In this document: positions 26,239 to 40,090 of the stretch, in pieces | How positions within the stretch are numbered: position 1 is the first letter of the stretch | Layout of the letters: the number at the start of each line of letters is the position of its first letter | Assembly: GCA_951406725.2 (NCBI GenBank) | Contig: OX597817.1 | Location: 87,606,001 to 87,670,000, forward strand | Direction: 5' to 3' | From: Octopus vulgaris | Taxonomy: Eukaryota | Length of the DNA stretch: 64,000 nucleotides | Made by a program: the position numbers and the translations under genes | Notes under the pieces: generated by a model | The model's database searches: none | The model's input: only the letters and a program-made list of their open reading frames with translations | What the model was told of the DNA's origin: nothing

Positions 26239-26863
26239 TCTCTCTCTCCCTCTCTCTCCTCTCTCTCTCTCTCTCTTACCCTCTCTCTCATTTTCTTATA
26301 TGTATGTGAATGTGTACACAAACTCATATATACATGCGCATATACAAAAACACACACACATACACACATACACACAGATGTATATAAATGTATATATGTA
26401 TATATGTGTGTGTGTATGTTTATATGTGTGTGTGCCTGTGTGTGCGTGCGCGAGTGTGTGTGTATATGTGTGTGTATACATACAAATACGCACAACTACA
26501 TGCGTTTACCTTGATATATATTTAGCTTGCTCTTGATACTCTCCCACCTTCTCCGTATACTAGCCTCTCACGCATAATAATCTCCCTCTCTGTCTTTCTT
26601 TCTCAAATATACTCTCGTTCTTTTTCTCGCTTACACATTTTACCCTCTTTTCCTTTCTAACACTCTCACACTTGCGCACCAAGCATATACTCACATAAAG
26701 ACAAACGCACATATTCATTCACGCATTTTTTTCTTTCAATTTTTCTTACACCAAATCTGTCTTCCTCTCTATTCTTCTCATCCATTTTTCTCTCCCCCCA
26801 ACTGTCTCCCCCTTTCTCCTTCTCTCCCCTCCCTCTTATCCCTTTCTTTTTCACCCTCTACTC

Positions 26864-26948
<85 letters not shown>

Positions 26949-27269
26949 CTTACAGACCTTTATCAACGTATATGTATCTCTACGTCTATCTAACTCTCCT
27001 GCTTATAAATATTCATACACTGACTGGCACACAGCACGCAAAACAAACACACACAAACACACACGTACACCTATACATAAATCATCCACACACACACATA
27101 GATGAATACACACACATAGATGAATATACACACACACAAATACATACACACACACACAAACTCACAGATAAACCTATACATGTCACACCTATGCAGACGT
27201 ACACACACACGCACACACGTACACAGTCACAAACGCTCGCACAAATAGTCGGATGAAAATATCAGTGTT

Positions 27270-27460
27270 TTCCTGTCAGGGGGCGCTGCTGTTGTTGTTT
27301 TCCAACCGACCAATGTTCTTGATATAGACAAATGTTTCTATAGTTACTTGTTCTGATGGGCGGTTGCAATACTCTAACGGAAGTAGATTCAGTAAACAAG
27401 TTTTAACTTAGCTAACCTGAAATAGATGAGGCGGCGGCGGCGGCGGCGGTGGTGGAGTAC
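27270..27460. promoter_or_regulatory. Promoter-like motif cluster (CTCF-like, CCAAT, GC box, ETS, (GGC)n)
   Basis: CAGGGGGCGCTG at about 27277, CCAAT at about 27310, GGGCGG at 27358, ACGGAAGT at 27377 and (GGC)n at about 27430, in non-repetitive DNA. Confidence 0.3.
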
Positions 27461-27582
27461 GGAGTAGTAACTGGTGGAGATATGTAGGTAGACTCCAAGT
27501 ATTTGTTTGCTTACTCTTTATCCATCTTCTATAGTATATTGCACAGAACATAAGCACAAACACGCTTTTCTACATGTGTATA

Positions 27583-27637
<55 letters not shown>

Positions 27638-28316
27638 GTTTTTGTAGTAGATGTAAATATATAAACTTACATATATCGTGTTGTGCTTGAATACATGCGT
27701 AATCAACCATATGTAAAATGTCTCTCGCATAAATACACACACATACATACATACATATATACATACACACACACACACACACACACAAACACACACATAC
27801 ACACACACACATATGTGCCTATCTGAAGGATGCTACATTTTAAATAAACTATATAGATTATATAATTGTACCACTAGTCCAACAGTCGTCACAAAAAATG
27901 TGTACCTTATATGTTTGTTTGTGTGTATGTGTGTGTGGATTAGTGTATTTGATAGTCACAGTCTCTGCTTTATACATACATACATACATACATGCATACA
28001 TACATGCATACATACATACATACATACATACATACATACATACATACATACATACATGCATGCATGCATACATACATACATACATACATACATACATACA
28101 TGCATGCATGCATGCATGCATACATACATGCATGCATACATACATACATACATACATACATACATACATACATACATACATACATGCATGCATGCATGCA
28201 TGCATACATACATACATACATACATACATACATACATACATACATACATACATACATGCATATATATGTGTGTGTATATATATATATATATATACATATA
28301 TATGTATATATATGTG

Positions 28317-28403
28317 TGTAGCCATGATAAAACTCCGAGTTTCGGATGCCGAGGTGGAAATCCACGCCGCTCTTTCTTTCTTTTGTTGTCTTAGCGTTTT
28401 TAT

Positions 28404-28462
<59 letters not shown>

Positions 28463-28760
28463 TATGATCAACGGTGCTAACCTGTTTATGACCTCGTACT
28501 TCAGCGAGCGATTCAGCGTAAGACCTGCCTTGCCACAAGTACAGATGTCAATTTGTTCAAATAAACTCTTCAAGTGTGATGCACCAGCGTGGCCATAGTC
28601 TAATGAATGAAAGAGAGTACAGAAGAATAAAGTCATTTGATTCCCATCTTTTGAACATAGGTGTTTCTGTCATTGGGAAAATATTTCTTTCATTGTCATT
28701 TTCATCTTTGCTTCGTTCACTTTGCTACGTACATACATAATACGTACGTACATACATACA
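28317..28760 (+). repeat. Local duplication, copy 1 (copy 2 at 31431-31895)
   Basis: Near-identical composite: TGTAGCCATGATAAAACTCCGAG..(TA)n..TGATCAACGGTGC..TTTGCTACGTACATACATAATACG. Confidence 0.92.
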
Positions 28761-28780
28761 TGCATACATACATACATACA

Positions 28781-28811
<31 letters not shown>

Positions 28812-28898
28812 GTACATTCATACATACGGGCATACATGCACACATACATACATACATACATACATACATACATACATACATACATACATACATGCATA

Positions 28899-28958
<60 letters not shown>

Positions 28959-28960
<2 letters not shown>

Positions 28961-29755
28961 TAAACAGTAAAAATAATTACAGACATGGACAAGAACATGA
29001 AACGCCACAGAGACGACACAAGAACCACAGGACGGGACATTCGAAGCCCTCAGTCATCAGTCAAGAACCAGATCATCTTAGCAATTTCGGCTGATTAATC
29101 TTGAGATTGCTCCGATATAGCCCGCCACGGGAAATCTAAGCCAAGTGCATTAGATCCCCTGGAAGAAAGCTTCGAATGTATACAACACGAGGACGGAAAA
29201 CGAACGAAGTACACGAACAAAAATACAGAATACGTGACAACAATAAGAATACAAAAACGTAAAAACAATAACGGTAAAAATAAAGTATAAAAAATAAACA
29301 ACAAAACAAAACCAGGACGTAGGACAAGGGTCTTTCGACAGGACGAATTGAGCATGGGGCTGGCTTATGAAGTTGTGCCTAATGGCCACAGGGAGACGAA
29401 CAAGTACGTGTTGCTTCAACGGCTGCTGGAACGAAAAGAGCGCTCAACAGCGGTCAGCGGTCACGTGAGAACAAAAGACAAGAGAAAGGGACAGATGAAA
29501 AGAGAGAGAAGGTGGACGAGGGAGGAGAAGAAAGAGACAGTTCGAGGGGGCTGGAGGTGAGAGAGATAGAGAAACGTAGAAGGGGGGGAAACGGATGGAG
29601 AGGGAAAGAAAGGAGGGGGAATAAGGGAGGAGAGAGAGAGAGAAAGAAAGATTAAGAGTCGTATCAATGCTTGAGAAAAAAATATACTTATCGTATAAGG
29701 ACAATTGTGGATACGTAGCCGCCGATTATATAGGTAAACAGTAAAAATAATTACA

Positions 29756-29760
<5 letters not shown>
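28959..29760 (-). mobile_element. Family F element with 28-bp terminal direct repeats, inserted in (TA)n
   Basis: GGTAAACAGTAAAAATAATTACAGACAT at 28959-28986 and 29733-29760. CTGATGA..CGAA motif on the minus strand at about 29040-29060. Confidence 0.7.
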
Positions 29761-29791
<31 letters not shown>

Positions 29792-29907
29792 TGTATGTAT
29801 TTATATATATATATATATATGTATATACATATAGATATATATGCATACATACATACATGTACATATATATATATATACAGATATATATACATATATATCT
29901 ATATATC

Positions 29908-29981
<74 letters not shown>

Positions 29982-30412
29982 AAACACGTAACATACATAC
30001 TTACATGTATAATATATATATAGTGAAAGTGTATAACCTAGTGGTTAGGGCATTAATATTTCGATCATAAGATTCTTGGCCAGGATAGCGCGTCGTGCCC
30101 TTGAACGAGGCACTTCATTCCACATCTTACTGTCTTATATGGGCGTACCTATGTATGTGTGTATGTGTGTATGTATGTATGTATGTATATGTTTGTGTTT
30201 ATGGCATCGTTGGAGGAAATACGTAGTTGCTAAACTTAGAAGAAATAGAAGTGAAATCTCTCCCAAAACACTACTTAGTTCTATGTAAAAGTGAATGAAA
30301 GCAGCGTAATAGAAACTGTGACGTCTAACAATGGGAAAAGTAAAATTTAATTTGACTTGGCTTTTCTGAATTATGTAATTGCTTCAAATGTGCAATTGCT
30401 TAAAAACAGGTA

Positions 30413-30612
30413 AGTCATGCTGGTTGTGTTGTCAAGAAGTTCTCTTTGTAAACACATGCTTTCAGGTTAATTCTCACTGCGCTGCACCTTGAGGAAGTGT
30501 CTTCTACTGTGGCTCTAGACCGACCGATGCCTCGTGATTAAATTTAGTACGCAGAAGTCTGTCCTGTGTGTATGTCTGTGTGTGTGTGTGTATGTGTGTG
30601 TGTGTGTGTGTA
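30413..30612 (+). mobile_element. SINE family A, head half, diverged
   Basis: CACCTTGAGGAAGTGTCTTCTACTGT centre followed by (TG)n. Confidence 0.7.
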
Positions 30613-30922
30613 CAGAAACGACGTACTCCTATATAATTTAAAGGTAACGTAATCCAAAGGTAGAGTATGAAAATCCATGAATCAGGTACTCCAAATCTGT
30701 TGGGATGACGCAGAGAGTCCGTGTAAGTGTGCGGTAAATAGTCAATTCAAATAAACGAACAATAAAATTAATAATAACAAACAACAAGAGGACGTTCGCA
30801 GGGAAAATATTAATTTAACGCTCAGTTTTATCTTTCAAGCATAGTTCTTCGTCGGAAAGGAGAAAGGGAAAAGTCCGAAGAAGGAAAAGAAATCACCAAC
30901 AGCAAGTGTGTAGTTATGTATG

Positions 30923-30956
<34 letters not shown>

Positions 30957-31013
30957 TGTATGTATGTATGTATGTATGTATGTATGTATGTATGTATGTA
31001 TGTATGTATGTAT

Positions 31014-31412
31014 GGGCGGAGGAACTCTTGAGAGTCAACGACCATCCAATAAATGTCTTAAGGATGTATCATGCGCGGGGACATAGAAATAATCGGACTG
31101 AATACCCGATCGCGCGGTTAAACCATTGGGAGTGAAGGACTCCTAGCCTTTGTTAGGGCATCCTTCTAGGAGAAGGTAACTCGGGTAACTGGGATAACTC
31201 CGACATAAAACCTGCGGTTCAGTGGTTACCGATGATGTTGACTTGTTCTTCTATTCGAATTATGGCTGATGTTGCTTAGCGAGTGGGGTTGACTCAGTGC
31301 ACAGTCTTTCCTCACTTTAAAAAAAATCTTCTTGCACAGGCATTGTCCGATAACAACATTGATTAAGCTTCGTGCAATGGCCATACTCGATAACGAGGGG
31401 GCAGCCACCATG
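31014..31412 (+). mobile_element. Probable bipartite RTE-derived non-autonomous retroposon (RTE 5' UTR + 3' tail)
   Basis: GGCATCCTTCTAGGAGAAGGTAACTC resembles RTE 5' UTRs. The end GCAATGGCCATACTCGATAACGAGGGGGCAGCCACCAT matches the RTE 3' end at 50980-51025. Confidence 0.55.
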
Positions 31413-31430
31413 TATACATATATATATATA

Positions 31431-31541
31431 TGTAGCCATGATAAAACTCCGAGTTTCGGATGCCGAGGTGGGAATCCACGCCGCTCTTTCTTTCTTTTGT
31501 TGTCTAACCGTTTTTATCAATATATATATATATATATATAT

Positions 31542-31606
<65 letters not shown>

Positions 31607-31895
31607 TATATGATCAACGGTGCTAACCTGTTTATGACCTCGTAATTCAACGAACGATTCAGCGTATGACCTGCCTTGCCACAAGTACAGATGTCAATTT
31701 GTTCAAATAAACTCTTCAAGTGTGATGCACCAGCGTGGCCATAGTCTAATGAATGAAAGAGAGTACAGAAGAATAAAGTCATTTGCTTCCCATCTTTTGA
31801 ACATAGGGGTTTCTGTCATTGGAAAAATATTTCTTTCATTGCCATTTTCATTTTTGCTTCGTTCACTTTGCTACGTACATACATAATACGTACAT
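31431..31895 (+). repeat. Local duplication, copy 2
   Basis: Matches 28317-28760 apart from scattered substitutions and TA-tract length. Confidence 0.92.
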
Positions 31896-32070
31896 ACATA
31901 CATACATACATACATACATACATACATACATACATACATACATACATACATACATACATACATACATACATACATACATACATACATACATACATACATA
32001 CATACATACATACATACATACATACATACATACATACATACATACATACATACATACATACATACATACA

Positions 32071-32458
32071 TAGGCTGAGCTATGGAGGAATCTACAGCTA
32101 CTCTATCCAGATTACATGTCCAGGTTTACACCTGAAATTTTGTGGGCACTGCGATATGAACACACTGCCTAAATACCAGTCTTGAGAAATTAGGCTTCTC
32201 AAAACCAAAAAGGAGAAACCTGATTCGAGGACTACAGATCCAAGCCATCACTGGAACAGTAAAAATCTGTAAAACTTTCAAGAAGTTTATCGTTTAAGTA
32301 TATATGAGCATTTCTAGATATGCAACTATATAGATGAGAATAAATACATAAATCAAAACACACAAGTCTGCAACATATACATACGTACGTACATACATAC
32401 ATACATACATACATACATACATACATACATACATACATACATACATACATACATACAA
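32071..32458 (+). mobile_element. Short 3' fragment of the same RLE-LINE as 1-925, flanked on both sides by (TACA)n
   Basis: Colinear with 381-925 minus the MITE. (TACA)n at 31890-32072 and 32378-32458. Confidence 0.88.
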
Positions 32459-32482
32459 ACATGCATGCATGCACAGAAGATG

Positions 32483-33690
32483 CGAGAGATATCTGAGGAC
32501 GTATTTGGTAATTGAATAAAGTAACTCTAATCTAACAAAACCAGATACATTTTAAGAAGAAAAGAATTGTGCACAAGTTCTTGATAAGCCTTCTATGAAT
32601 CCACTTTCAGTTTTGATGACTGCTTCAAAGCAGGACCAGAATCGTTGACATACCTTCACAAATGGTCCTTATTCATTTCTGACTCTTCTGAACAAAGGTG
32701 GCGATGAAGCTACTGTACTGTGACAATGTCGATTAGTTTCTTTTTCAACAACGGTCCTAATGTAGCTGTCCATGGCATTTAAATGTGCCGAGTTTGGAGG
32801 CTACAAGTTTGGTATTACATAATCGTAGAGATTGTCTAATATTTATTCATTGAATTATGTAGGTTTTGCGACTAGGTACTGCCTTGTTGACCTTCCACTG
32901 TGTACCTTATCCTTCTAGGACTCAACAACTGTCTCCTGTGCGTCAACGTATCCAGCGGCATAAATTCTAAGACCCTGGCAAAAGATGTGAGGTGGTATGA
33001 CATGACCTTCATTACTCACCAATCCTAAATCGACTACAGCTGTTAGAAACTTAGTGTGCATCTGTATGGGAACATTAGAAAGATGTGCACCATAAACATT
33101 TTCACTTCTGTCACATAAACATATGTTACTTCTGTTAGACAATTGATTTCGGTTATAGTTGTTCCCATCAGAGAACCAAAGCATGTTATGTTCCCTAGGA
33201 ATTTAAACTTTCTTAAGTAACTGCTTGGCACGGATCAAACGGGTTTCCTGTCATTGCAGTCGTGAATTGATCAATCTTCAGTACATACGACTTGTTATGA
33301 ATGTTTTCATACACCAGTTCTGATAGCCTACTCCGACACCTGAAGTCCCTCTTTGAAGATCCTCATTGGTTTTCCAGAATCCACATCGATAATGTATTGA
33401 GCACGTTAGAGGAATTGGGGTGTCCTTATAATGTCTGAATGTTTAGAATTTTTTCTTTGATATAGTTGAAACTTTCCTGTCAGTCTTCCAATTACATCCA
33501 AAATTTGTGTGCAAAATATCATGCAACATTCAGAAAGTCGCTGTTTTTCGCACATATGGCAATAATGCATGTCATTTAATTTCCTGTGTTAGTATTTATC
33601 TGCCATGGAGAATCTGAAACAAATGAAAACCTTTTAATTGGTTTGAAGAGGGTAATATACTGATAATTAAGTGTCTTCAAATACCCCTCG
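32483..33690 (-). mobile_element. Full-length decayed Tc1/mariner element, maT/DD37D-like transposase pseudogene
   Basis: Minus-strand TKFLTAVVDLGLVSNEGHVIPPHIFCQGLRI and (W)PPNSAHLNAMD (WPPNSPDLNPLD-like). Degenerate TIRs CGAGAGATATCTGAGGAC / GTCTTCAAATACCCCTCG. Confidence 0.8.
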
Positions 33691-33784
33691 TGCCCTGAAT
33701 ACATAGAGACATACATACCTATCCCACCCCACACACAACCATTTGCGTGTGTGGTGTGTGTGTGTGTATGTGTGTGTGCGCGCG

Positions 33785-34230
33785 CTTTCAAGCTAATGAA
33801 GAAATATTCAACTAAAACAATGAATGAAGCCTTAGATTGAGCTGGGTACTTTGAACGCATTACCTGCCTCACTGTGGAATTTTTCAAAGCTTTGGACAAG
33901 CATTTCCCCTCATCTAGCCCGTACTGGAAGATATTTAACAAGCACTCTGTGAAGCTGGCCTACTCCACCACAACTAATGTTGCCTACACAACCAGATTCG
34001 ATAATAGAAAGTGTAACAATTTATCCTCTGATTGCATAACCTCAAGAATTAACAATCTAAATAACAGTATAAATAGCTAGGATAATAACACAAATCATAA
34101 TACGACAGTAAACAGCAATAAATGAACTCTGCAATTGTAGAAATAGATCCTTGTGTCCACTTTATGGCCATTGTCTTAGCAAGAATATTCTATACAAATA
34201 TTCTGTGCGCGCTCTTGGGGCTACCTCAAA
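33785..34230 (+). mobile_element. PLE fragment (RT thumb-linker-GIY start), Naiad-like
   Basis: FFKALDKHFPSSSPYWKIFNKHSVKLAYS followed by CNCRNRSLCPLYGHCLSKNILYK. Confidence 0.8.
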
Positions 34231-37200
34231 TAATTATAATCATACATGCAGTTTTAGGAGTAAGAGTAAAGCAAATTTTACATATTTAGCATGTTTACGA
34301 TTAGATACTTGATGATAAAGAGATTTAGCATGAAATTGCAAGACCTTTTATATACAAAGCACAATGGTATTGAGTTAATAATGATATATGCAATCTGTAT
34401 ATATCTGAAAAGAATATAACTGTTAAGCGTAGATCAAATATCATTAACCAACAAGAGAATATAATAATATGATAGCTACACTTTCACTTTATATTCTTCT
34501 AACATAGTACTAATAAGTAGCTTATTAGATATAACCTAAATGCACTATTAGTATTACTATTATTAGTCACCCCCTGTAGGTTTGCTCTCTTTGATTAGTA
34601 TAACTTCTATTTTGTCATCTTTCTGTATTTCTACTTTGTTTAGTTCGGAATGGATTGGCACTTTGATTGGCACTTAAGCATTATCTCATAGGGATAGTAA
34701 TTATTAGTATAACTAATGTATGTATTTAATCTATGAACTAATTGTGTGTATATTTTTCTCGTTAATTAGTTTTACGATGTCTACAAAGTTACCATTTAAA
34801 CTTTTAGCGTAAACTTTAATGCACTAATAATACTACTGGTTTACTCTAACATGTAGCCCCCTTAATTAGTTTATTTCTGGCTTCATGTTTCCTTTATTTG
34901 ATTATATTTTATCCCTCACATTTAGCATGTCGCTTCCAGTCACATGATATGTAGTATTGATTATAGTATCGTATATATTAATTCCTAACATTGATAATGG
35001 GATAAGCTTGATAGATTAGGAAACGATGTATGCATGCGTGTAAATATCGTCTGTATATGTATGCGTGTGAATATATATGTATGTATATATACACAAATAA
35101 TGAGAAAGACTGATTTGGTCAATTAATCAAATTGATGAACTACTATTTTTGAAATTACTATTTTAATATAAGCATTTTGTGTGCGAGCTAGTATATGTGC
35201 GTATGAGCGTGTATTTGTGAGTGAATGTATGTGTATGAATGTGCCTGAGAAAACGCATATTAGGTGTATGTGCGAGTAAGTGGGTACCATTATCAATGGT
35301 CTTAAGAAGACGCTTCCGTTCTTCTAAATCAGTCGTGCATGAAAATTCCAGTAGTTTTGGCTGTCCTACAATGCACCGAAAAGCAAATACATCGTCTTCA
35401 ACAAACTGGGCCTCCAATCGTGTTCTATCTATCTATCTATTTGTCTGTCAGTCTGTCTGTCTCTATACCTGCATGCATGTATGTATATGTATGTATGTAT
35501 GCATGTATCTATGTATGTATGTTTGTTTGTCTACATGCGTGTATAATATATTGTTAAATATATATATACATACACGCAGATGTCATTCCAAACAACGAAA
35601 CTTTGCATACCATCAGCCTCAGGCAAATAAGAAATTGCATTATAATGGAACTAAGCGAAACCGAGTTTATTGAGCAAGGTATCTTTTGAAAAGTCACCTG
35701 ACAAGACATCTGCATTGAAGGATGCACCACAACCAATTGCCCAGAATCTCACTCGCGAGGGAACGATACAAGATGGATCGAAACAATTCTTGTTATTAAC
35801 AAAAAATCTCGTGAATTCCATTTTCTCTTTCTCTCATTTGTTATATACACACAGATGTGTGGAGGGGGGGAAGGGAGGGTTACAAGCAGCATTACCCAGC
35901 CTTGTCTGAAAGTTACATAACCTATGTCCTTCGCTTTACAAAGATATACTTTTATACATGATTTAATCTCTCGAGGTTCAAAAGTGAGGTCTTCAAATTT
36001 AAACAATAGACATAGTCATATATACACGCATGCATGGAACATGCATACACTCAACTAGAAGGCATTTTAAGTTCCTTTTAAATTCTCTCTATCGTGACTC
36101 TGAACATCTGACTATGTAGACCTACTCTGTACCACAAACATTAACTTGGAACATACATACATTCACTTTTATAGATTGAAAATATAAATAATACTCTGAT
36201 CAATACGTCTGGATATATGTATGTATGTGTGTATATGTGTATGTATGAATGCATGCGTGTAGGACGGGTGTATGCTTGTATGTGTATATGTTGATGCGTA
36301 AAAGAACTGCAACACTCGAATAAGTTAAAACAACAAAGAGAATATCATAAAAATATAATTTAACCGTTTCTATTATACCATGTACTTCATCACCACCATA
36401 CTAATTAATAATTAAAGACTAACCAATAACATTTTTTTTTAATTTAGATATTATCAGGTGACTGGAACTGTCATTTATGAAGGAATGAAGTCAGCTTCAC
36501 TGACCATTATTTTATGGTTGTTTGGTTTTGCTAAAGGCCAAGTCGTTTCAATTTTACTTTATACTTGGAGTATTACGTTGAGACTATCAACATTCAGAAA
36601 TTCACAAACCACCCAAGTGTATATTGGTTAATGTTCTTGTAAATTCAAGCTGAAAAACCATCCACCGGGCGGTCGCCTCTCTCACCATGCGCGCGCGCGC
36701 GTGTGTGTATGTGTGAACAAACGAAAGAGAAAAGCACTCAATGTTATTTAATAACAGTTTGACCTAGCTCTATATTAAATAAAGTTTCGAGGGTGCAGAA
36801 CACGCCTACATCATCAGATGTTCGAAGTTAAAATAAACAGAATTTAAAAGAAACTTGAAATGTTTTCTTGAGTGTTTTTTATGACTTCGTTGTTCATTTC
36901 AAGTCACATGAGTATTTTTATTATCTAAGCAGTATCAATTCTTTCATGCCATTCTCCGCAAGGTAGAGTAGACAGTACTCAGCATAGTATAGAGTGTGAC
37001 ATTTTAGCGACATCAATTCTTTCACAGCTTGTTTCACGTGGTAGAATGTTGGCATTAATTAGTTGGTATTCTTTCCGTTGGGTGTGACCTGTTTTTAGAG
37101 AGGTAACTTGTTTAATGATATCAGTTTACATGAGTCTGAATAGCAAATACGGCTACAGAACTATTGAAGCTCGTAATCTCTCTTCAGACATTAAGGACCA

Positions 37201-38278
37201 TATACTCTGCCATTGTGCGTGTGATGACAACACAATTTCTGCCTAGTCCGTTTACAGTAACACCATGTAAAACGCAAAACACACGCATATATCTACATAC
37301 TCATTCCCAGACCTAGAGAAGTATTTCCTAGTTATCAGCGATCGCTGACTTGACAACCATAAAATAATGGTCAGTGCTTGTAATGGTCGTAGCTTGTAAT
37401 GATGGAATGATGTTATCTAAGCCTGAGTAGCTAGATACTGAAATCATAAACAATTTATGTAATACCTTCCTTCAGAATTACTTAAAGATGTGCAATCAAA
37501 TACAGAACAATCGGTTTTCTTTTTAGCCATTTTTAAGTTGATTTATCCGGTATATTCTTCTGTTCTAAGAAGGCATTGTATAATTTGAATATTTTGTTAC
37601 AATTTTGATAGGTCATATGCCTGTGGACAGGTTCGTTCATTGTCTTGAAATCAGGAAACAGGCAATCGCGAAATAGGTATTTGCAGTGTGTATCTCTATG
37701 TATGTGTGTGACTGAGTATGTAGATATATGCGTGTGTTCTGAGTTTTACACGGTGTTACTGTAAACAGACTGGGCACAAATTGTGATGTCATTATTTGCG
37801 AAAGATACTGCATAAAGTTTTATCCTATATAGAGTGTTCCGGGTGAAAGAATTCTACAAACATAGTACTGATCGTAATGGCAAGGGATTGGCGATTATTT
37901 CAAAAATCATATATCTTACAAATCATGTGATGAATTAAGATAATTCTCTGATATTCATCGTGCAAGTATTGCAACTTGTGGGTGGCTGCATTGGTTGCAG
38001 ACAATCTTTGTTTTCTCGGAATCTGAATTACTGCATATAAAACAACTTGGGGGTCTGAAGTCGTGAGAATTTCGTAAAGAATAAAGATAGCTTCAATCAA
38101 TACAGAAGTGGGGTTGTGGAAAAAGAAGAGAAATGATTTTCGTTTGCAGATCATTTTTTTACGAGTTGCTCATACAATATATATATAATTTTTTTCAGAA
38201 AGTAATTCGAAAAATTATTTTGCGATTATGGAAAGTGTTGCAAATATTCTTCTGATTATAACTTTACATCTTGTAAAA

Positions 38279-38513
<235 letters not shown>

Positions 38514-39704
38514 TGTTTTTCTCAAAAAGTTTCCTTTTCAGTGGGGCGTATTTACCCAGCGATGAATATAACAATTATCAAAACATTAACTATTCAAATA
38601 TGAAAATATTCAAATCTGAATTTGTGAAATATTCAAGCAGCAATTTTATTTTCAGATAACAATGATTGTAGAGTAACTGTTAAAGTAATCGGAAATGATA
38701 GCGTGAACGTTATGGTCTCCTAAATGTTTCATGCATTCTCTACAAACTTTTAGAAAATCTGCAGTTATCTTTACACCATAAAAAAAAAAACAGATGCAGA
38801 ACTTGCTTTTTGTTCAAAATTTTTTGCTGAGAATTAAAGCTAGTTTGCTTAGAAGTTGTTTCCATTATTCTACAGGATGTGCAAACGCAAGCTAATAATC
38901 AGAATAGTTAAAAAATATACTTTGTAGCTGGCACGCAAAAGCAGTGTTACGAGTAAACAAACATTTAGATTTGTTCAATGTTTGGGATATAGGTGAACGG
39001 TACAAAGGCCGTATTCACAGCTGTTTGTCGTTGAAACAAATTCCATCTTTGGCAATAGGTAATAAAAAAACACCAACCATCATTTCAAGGAGCCCTCTGC
39101 CGAAAGAGGTGAATGCATTTCTAGTTCCTTGTCTAGCATAAGTATCGAAAGAAGGACAACCCTGTAATGATTTGGGAAACCATTGTTTCCTTACAGTAAA
39201 CCAGTATCAAAGAATGTTCTGAATACGTGCGACGTCGACCTCGTCTAGAGCAAAATATTGTTGCAGGAACTCGAAAGCAGTGTTGTGAGTAAACGAACAA
39301 GAAAGACAACCCTGCAGTATATGGTACTGATATAGCGAAAACACTAGAAATGAATTCACTGCTTCCGCCAGAGGGAGCCATCAAATGACTGTTGGTGCTA
39401 CGCCTATTGCCTAAGGCAAAGTTTCTTCTCAACAATAAATACGACCTTTGAAATAGTCAGATATGTCCCAAACATATTTGAACTCATCTTGATGCAAATA
39501 TATACACTTTGTCTCTAATCTAAATTTGAACGTATCGTTAAAAATTTCTCCCCGAAAAAGTAACTCAGTCAATTAGTTATACTAGTTACATTAGTCATAT
39601 TAATTATGTTTGTTTACTTAGTTATATTAATTTTTAATTAGTTATATTAGTCATATTTAATGATTATTTTATACTGCAATAAACAGTTTCTCCAAGCCTC
39701 CGCT

Positions 39705-40090
39705 AGGCGCAAACATGTCTGTGTGGTCAGAAGTTTGCTTCCCAACCGCAAGGTTTCGGGTTCAGTCCCACTGCGTGACACCTAGGATGTCTTCTACTAT
39801 AGCCTCGGGCAAACCATAGCCATGTGGGTGGATTTGCCAAACGGAAGCTAAAAGAGGTCCGTCGTATGTGTGTGTATGTGTATGTCCATCCCCCTCCACC
39901 GCTTGACAGCCGGTGTTAGTATGTTTACGTCCCCGTAACCCAGTGGCTCAGCAAAATAGACCGATCTAATAGGTACCAGATTGGTACCTATCTAATGATC
40001 GATGTTGATTCATTCGACTAGAAATTTCTTCAAGGTGGTGTCTCAGCATAGTCGCAACCTAATGAGGGAAGCAAGTAAAAGATAAATGAT
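39705..40090 (+). mobile_element. SINE family A
   Basis: Full-length copy. Confidence 0.85.
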
